From positions 416,001 through 480,000 of the forward strand of contig OY969706.1 of NCBI GenBank assembly GCA_963702095.1: a stretch of 64,000 nucleotides of DNA. The letters run 5' to 3'. This document shows, piece after piece, positions 59,441 through 64,000 of this stretch (position 1 is its first letter; every line of letters begins with the position of its first letter). A program made the translations under genes and the position numbers. The DNA is from Candidatus Bathyarchaeota archaeon (GTDB lineage Archaea; Thermoproteota; Bathyarchaeia; Bathyarchaeales; Bathycorpusculaceae). The notes beneath the pieces were generated by a model that had not been told where the DNA came from, ran no database searches, and saw only the letters and a list, made by a program, of their open reading frames with translations.

Positions 59441-59860
59441 CTAATTTTCAACCCAAGCTGTAGAGTGAAGGTCATTTAAGCTCCAAAAGCTTGCCTCACT
59501 AAACGTCAATGTTAAATCCTTTGAGCCTTTCTCATCCAAGTATATCGATTGGGATTTTGTCCACGAATCAGAGCCTTGTTGAAGCCTAGCCCATACCACA
59601 ACGGTTCCTGCTCCACCACTATTATGTACGCTAACATCAACATAGGCAATATAATCTAATCCGCTATTGCCTGTTCGGAGGTTTGTGCTTGTTACTGCAG
59701 CGTTTGGTGGATTAACCTGATTTACTAAGTTATTTCCGGCCCTGTTGAGTAAGGGTAAAGCTACAATAAACACAGCTGAAATAATAACAACCGCTAAAAC
59801 TACACCTACAACTTTTAGTGCTGTATTGCTATTTTTTGGTGGTGGCGGTGGATAAGTCAT
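59441..59860 (-). CDS. Membrane-anchored hypothetical protein
   Basis: YPPPPP, TM helix, V.V.N.GG.G Ig-like region. Confidence 0.75.
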   Translation of the reverse strand: MTYPPPPPKNSNTALKVVGVVLAVVIISAVFIVALPLLNRAGNNLVNQVNPPNAAVTSTNLRTGNSGLDYIAYVDVSVHNSGGAGTVVVWARLQQGSDSWTKSQSIYLDEKGSKDLTLTFSEASFWSLNDLHSTAWVEN

Positions 59861-60670
59861 TTTTGATTACCCCAAGAGTGATTCTTTCGCTTTATCATTG
59901 TTACCAACATGACAGTAACTAGTGATAATGTTAAGAAAATACCTACGATTGCCATTGCTGGAAACTCTGGTGTTGCCACTGTTGGATAGGGTGTAGCTGT
60001 TGCTGGTGGATACATTGCTTCCTTAGCTGAAGCCTGAGATAAATAATTAGATGCAGAATTCAGGTCATTAACTGCAGCTTGCCATTGCCCTTGATTGGCT
60101 AAAGAGGTAGCTTGATTAAAAATATTGGCAGCTTGCTGTACCAAAGATTGAGCTTCAGGGCTTTGATAGTAGCTATTCTGAGCATGAGTTAAGGAAGTCT
60201 GAACGCTGTTAATGTCCTGATTATATATTTTTTCATAAGCATCGTGAATGTTGACTGAACCTGTTGCAGAAACAGAATAGTCATACCAACCTAACAGCCC
60301 TTTTTGTTGACCATTATAGGTTATGGTATAGCTATGACTACCTACACTTGCACCAGACGGAATATTGAAATAAATACTATCGCAAGTGTATTGATTGCCA
60401 GTTGCAAGATTGGGTGAATTTACCGTTTCGGTGATTGATGTTGTTGACCAATCAAATTCAATATCTACCGAAATTATTTGTAATTGGTCAGGACAATTGC
60501 TATAAAATGTCGGTGTAACAAAACCGCTATCTCCTTGATAGTAAATGCCTTTATCCCAAGAACTTGACGAACTCCATTCATTTGACTTTAGAGCGTTCAC
60601 ACCTAAATACGCTGAACGATAAAAAGACTATCAATATTAGCCCAATAATGAGTGCCGAAACCCTTTTCAT
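59857..60670 (-). CDS. Secreted protein with PEF-CTERM-like sorting signal (signal peptide frameshifted near 60605)
   Basis: MKRVSALIIGLILIVFLSF from 60670; C-terminus TPEFP-TM-KRK. Confidence 0.7.
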
Positions 60671-61101
60671 TTAAGTTACCCATTGCTTGTCCCGTTATTA
60701 TCGTTTTGAGTATTTATATTTTTAATAATAAAATATCATGTGCCTCACCTGCTTCATAGGCGAAGTGCTATCCATTGTTTGTTTGCTCTAAAATAAAGAA
60801 AAACCTGATTTACTTATCTTTTTAACTTTCTTACATGCAGGTTTGGGCATATTTTTTATCTCATCCATCACTCGCTGACTATTGAGTTCCTTAGCTAATG
60901 CGTTTAAATATTACGTTTTGATGGAAGTTAAAATTACTATCACTCCAAAAGCCGTCTAAGAGGTCTTCCTTAATTCTGAGGTGTCAAAGCATATGGAATT
61001 TTTCAGGTTTGCTGAAGCGGGTAAATTGGTGTTGGAAGTGAAAATAGTTATTAACGAGGAACATGTACGCATAGTCCAAAGAGCGTCAAGAGGAAAACAC
61101 G

Positions 61102-61572
61102 ATGTCGTTAGCAGTTACCACCCTACCTATAGCCACTTTAATCATTATGGGAATTGCAGCTGGGATTGCTATCCTAAACTCCAGCATCTACAGAGTATTA
61201 ATCAACTATTTCATCGGCTGGGAACAATACCACGTTATGCAAAAAGAAATGGCTGAGTACCGATCGGAGTCTATGGCGGCTGCTCGATCCAACGATAAAA
61301 AGCAAATGGAGAAACTAAAGAAAAGACAATCCCAAATCAACAACATGAACACAAAAATGTTCAAACCGCAAATGCTCAACTTCGGCATCTCATTTGTCTA
61401 CCTTATCGTGTGGTTCCTAGTACTTACACCAACCTTCGGGAATACCCCTATGGCTTACATTCCAGGCTTAGGCGCAATCTCCGTGTTCTACCTGTACCCG
61501 ATATTCTCGCTGTTCTTTGGTTTGCTCTGCCAACGTATAATCGGCATCATGCCCATTGAACCCACAGCATAA
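61102..61572 (+). CDS. EMC3/TMCO1 (DUF106) Oxa1-superfamily membrane protein
   Basis: TM, coiled coil, MFKPQM, TM, and Y....S; conserved position upstream of cmk. Confidence 0.88.
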   Translation: MSLAVTTLPIATLIIMGIAAGIAILNSSIYRVLINYFIGWEQYHVMQKEMAEYRSESMAAARSNDKKQMEKLKKRQSQINNMNTKMFKPQMLNFGISFVYLIVWFLVLTPTFGNTPMAYIPGLGAISVFYLYPIFSLFFGLLCQRIIGIMPIEPTA

Positions 61573-61592
61573 CTCGGAATGGATGCAAAACC

Positions 61593-62204
61593 ATGGCGCA
61601 CCCCAAAAATAACGGCACCCAACAAAACAAAACAGTAATTTGCATCTCGGGCATGGCAGGCACAGGCAAAAGCACCTTAGCCAAGAAACTCGCCGAAAAA
61701 TACCGCCTCAACTACTACTCCGGCGGAGACGCACTAAAAGCCTTGGCGAAAGAGGAAGGCTACGACATTTCCACTCAGGGCTGGTGGGAAAGTCCCGTCG
61801 GCTTAAAATTTCTCCAAGAACGCCTCAACGACCCCAAATTCGACAAGGCAGTTGACGATAAACTCTTAGAATTCGCCAAACAAGGCAACGTTCTTCTTGA
61901 CAGTTGGACTATGCCTTGGCTGCTTAAAGTCGGCGGATTCAAGATTTGGCTCGAAGCTTCTTTTGAGAAGCGTGCGGCAAGAGTTGCGGAGCGGGATAGT
62001 TTGACTTATGAGGAGGCTGTTTTGGTGCTTGGGGAAAAAGAAGGGCGCACTAAAGCTATTTACAAGGCGTTGTACGGGTTTAGTTTAGGCGAGGATTTGT
62101 CGCCGTTTGACTTCGTTTTGGATACGGACAATTTGGATGCGGGCGAGGTTTTTGAGGTTTTGTGCAGCGTCATAGACAACGTGGTTGTTTCTGCTACAGC
62201 TTAG
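61593..62204 (+). CDS. cmk: Cytidylate kinase (archaeal type)
   Basis: ISG..GTGKST, SGG, FD..VD, RA.RV..RD, Y..LYG, D.VLDT. Confidence 0.92.
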   Translation: MAHPKNNGTQQNKTVICISGMAGTGKSTLAKKLAEKYRLNYYSGGDALKALAKEEGYDISTQGWWESPVGLKFLQERLNDPKFDKAVDDKLLEFAKQGNVLLDSWTMPWLLKVGGFKIWLEASFEKRAARVAERDSLTYEEAVLVLGEKEGRTKAIYKALYGFSLGEDLSPFDFVLDTDNLDAGEVFEVLCSVIDNVVVSATA

Positions 62205-62299
62205 TTTAGATAGAATTTAATTCTATAACAATGTTCCAGATTCTTTAAAACTCCCTCGCTGAATCTTTTCCCCTAGCGTTGGAAAGGAGAGAGTGGACC

Positions 62300-62692
62300 A
62301 TGGGGAAGGCTATCCAATGTTTAGTTGTGATGCTTTTCTTTTTAGCTTCGTTTTCCTGCATTTTAGCCTCTTACCGGCTACTAAACCTTCAAACAACGTT
62401 TACTCTGATTATTTTCAACGCCTTCTTCCTACCGCTGTTTTTCCACCTCAACGGCACCTACCTCCAGAAAGCAGGCATATTGACCGCAGGTAACCTCTTG
62501 GGGTTATTCTGGAACTTTTTCTTCTAGTATCTCTCAACCACAGGTAACACGTACTTAGGGTTGCCTTTCAACGCTGTCTTCGCTCTCTTCTATCCCATTC
62601 TAAATTTGATGTGGGTCGTTCCCTTCTGGTCTCTTAGCCTAAGTTTTCTACCTAAACTTTCACCCCCATCAACCGCAGTCGTGGACGCATGA
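62300..62692 (+). pseudogene. Four-TM membrane protein interrupted by an in-frame TAG (62525-62527)
   Basis: Frame stays open and hydrophobic for 54 codons after the TAG and ends in an ATGA overlap with the GT2 gene. Confidence 0.7.
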
Positions 62693-63969
62693 TAAACGAG
62701 ATTTTAAGCGCCTTTTTCGTTTTTTCAGTGTTTGTCATCAGCGCCTATTTGATTCGGCACTACCTCTTCACCCTAACCGTACTTAGGCATATCAAAAACC
62801 AGCCGGCAACTGCCGCTGTGCCCCAAACCAACTTTGAACCAACAGTTAGCATACTCGTCCCCGCCCACGACGAAGACCAAGTCATAGGCGACTTACTGCA
62901 GAAGATGACGGAGATAGCTTACCCCAAAAACAAATATGAGGTAATAGTTGTAGACGACGCCTCACAGGACAAAACAGGGCAAATAGCCGACGCATACGCC
63001 GAACAATACCCCTTCATAAAAGCCCTACACCGAAACAGCCAAATCGGCGGAAAAGGCAAAGCAGCCGCCCTAAACGCAGCCCTCAAACAAGCCACAGGCG
63101 AAATCATCGTTTGCTTCGACGCCGACTACATCCCGCACCCAAACGTCGTCAGTAAGCTTGTAGAAAAATTCGTTGACCCCAAAGTTGGAGCTGTACAGGG
63201 CCGACCCGTGGTCCTCAATGAACCCCAAAATGTAGTCACCCGACTGGTCGCTTTGGAGCGGATTGGCGGGTATAGGGTAGACCAGGAAGCACGGGACTTG
63301 CTGGGGTTAGTGCCTCAGTTCGGCGGAACAGTAGCTGCTTTTCGCCGTGACGTAGCACTAAGTTTTGGCGGTTTTGACGAAACCATGCTAACAGAAGACA
63401 CTGACCTTACCTTCCAAATTTACCGTTCAGGCTATCAAATTCGCTATGCTGGCGACGCAGAATGCTATGAGGAGGCGGTGGATTCTTGGCGGACGTATTG
63501 GCGGCAGAGGCATCGGTGGGCAAAGGGACACATGCAGGTTTGCCTCAAACATACCTCCAAAGTGATCACAAGCAAGAACATGCGGCTTAGGGAGAAAATC
63601 GATGGGTTGCTGCTACTTCATATCTATTTCATGCCGTTGGTAACATTGCTTTCGCTTTTCATCGGCGCGTACCTTATCTTGACGGGCTCTGCCCTCGCAG
63701 GGACGCTTTGGTTCGTGGTGCCCATTTCCTTTTACAGTTTTGTCGGCAACTTTGCACCTTTCTTTGAAATTAGCGTAGGCGCCTACTTGGACGGAAGAAA
63801 ACGTGCGCAGTGGTTAGCGCCTTTGCTGATTTTCTCTTTCTTCTATAACATTCTGATTTGCGCCAAAGCCTTTTTCGATCTCTGTCTCGATAAACTGTTC
63901 CGCCGCAGGGGAGGCGACTGGGAGAAAACTACCCATTTGGGTAGGGGAAAGCGTTATATTGGGAATTAA
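62689..63969 (+). CDS. Processive family-2 glycosyltransferase (cellulose-synthase/IcaA-like)
   Basis: DDAS.D, GKA.ALN, FDAD, TED, QRHRW; flanking TM helices. Confidence 0.92.
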   Translation: MINEILSAFFVFSVFVISAYLIRHYLFTLTVLRHIKNQPATAAVPQTNFEPTVSILVPAHDEDQVIGDLLQKMTEIAYPKNKYEVIVVDDASQDKTGQIADAYAEQYPFIKALHRNSQIGGKGKAAALNAALKQATGEIIVCFDADYIPHPNVVSKLVEKFVDPKVGAVQGRPVVLNEPQNVVTRLVALERIGGYRVDQEARDLLGLVPQFGGTVAAFRRDVALSFGGFDETMLTEDTDLTFQIYRSGYQIRYAGDAECYEEAVDSWRTYWRQRHRWAKGHMQVCLKHTSKVITSKNMRLREKIDGLLLLHIYFMPLVTLLSLFIGAYLILTGSALAGTLWFVVPISFYSFVGNFAPFFEISVGAYLDGRKRAQWLAPLLIFSFFYNILICAKAFFDLCLDKLFRRRGGDWEKTTHLGRGKRYIGN

Positions 63970-64000
63970 GCGTTAATTATCAAAGATATTGATGATTCAG

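Noticed and set aside
1-64000. Genome-wide TAG recoding (pyrrolysine code)
   Set aside because: Conserved genes (glyA, rpl14, rps14, rps8, hypE) end at TAG at their expected C-termini.

Overview
Chromosomal segment of an archaeon. Gene content and style (eL32/eL19/eS4, Rpp29, Cgi121, Dph6, TrmY, a BHB-intron tRNA, NosD-type surface proteins, standalone roadblock proteins) suggest Bathyarchaeia or a related TACK lineage; the taxonomy is inferred. It holds a DtxR-FeoB iron locus with visible operators, glyA/serA, dph6 coupled to a glutaminase, a soluble Lon protease, an IS6-like remnant, a pilin/roadblock cluster, two tRNAs, hypFCD+hypE, the uL22-uL30 ribosomal operon broken twice by insertions before uL15-secY and EMC3-cmk, and a GT2 synthase. 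The main unexplained signals are two families of dispersed non-coding intergenic repeats (about 5 and 4 copies, some at the operon breakpoints), long charged low-complexity tails on five ribosomal proteins, the dph6-GATase pair and the pilin-roadblock module. Many single-base frameshifts, including one in essential secY, point to assembly indel noise, so pseudogene calls are uncertain. All alignments and folds were done by eye.
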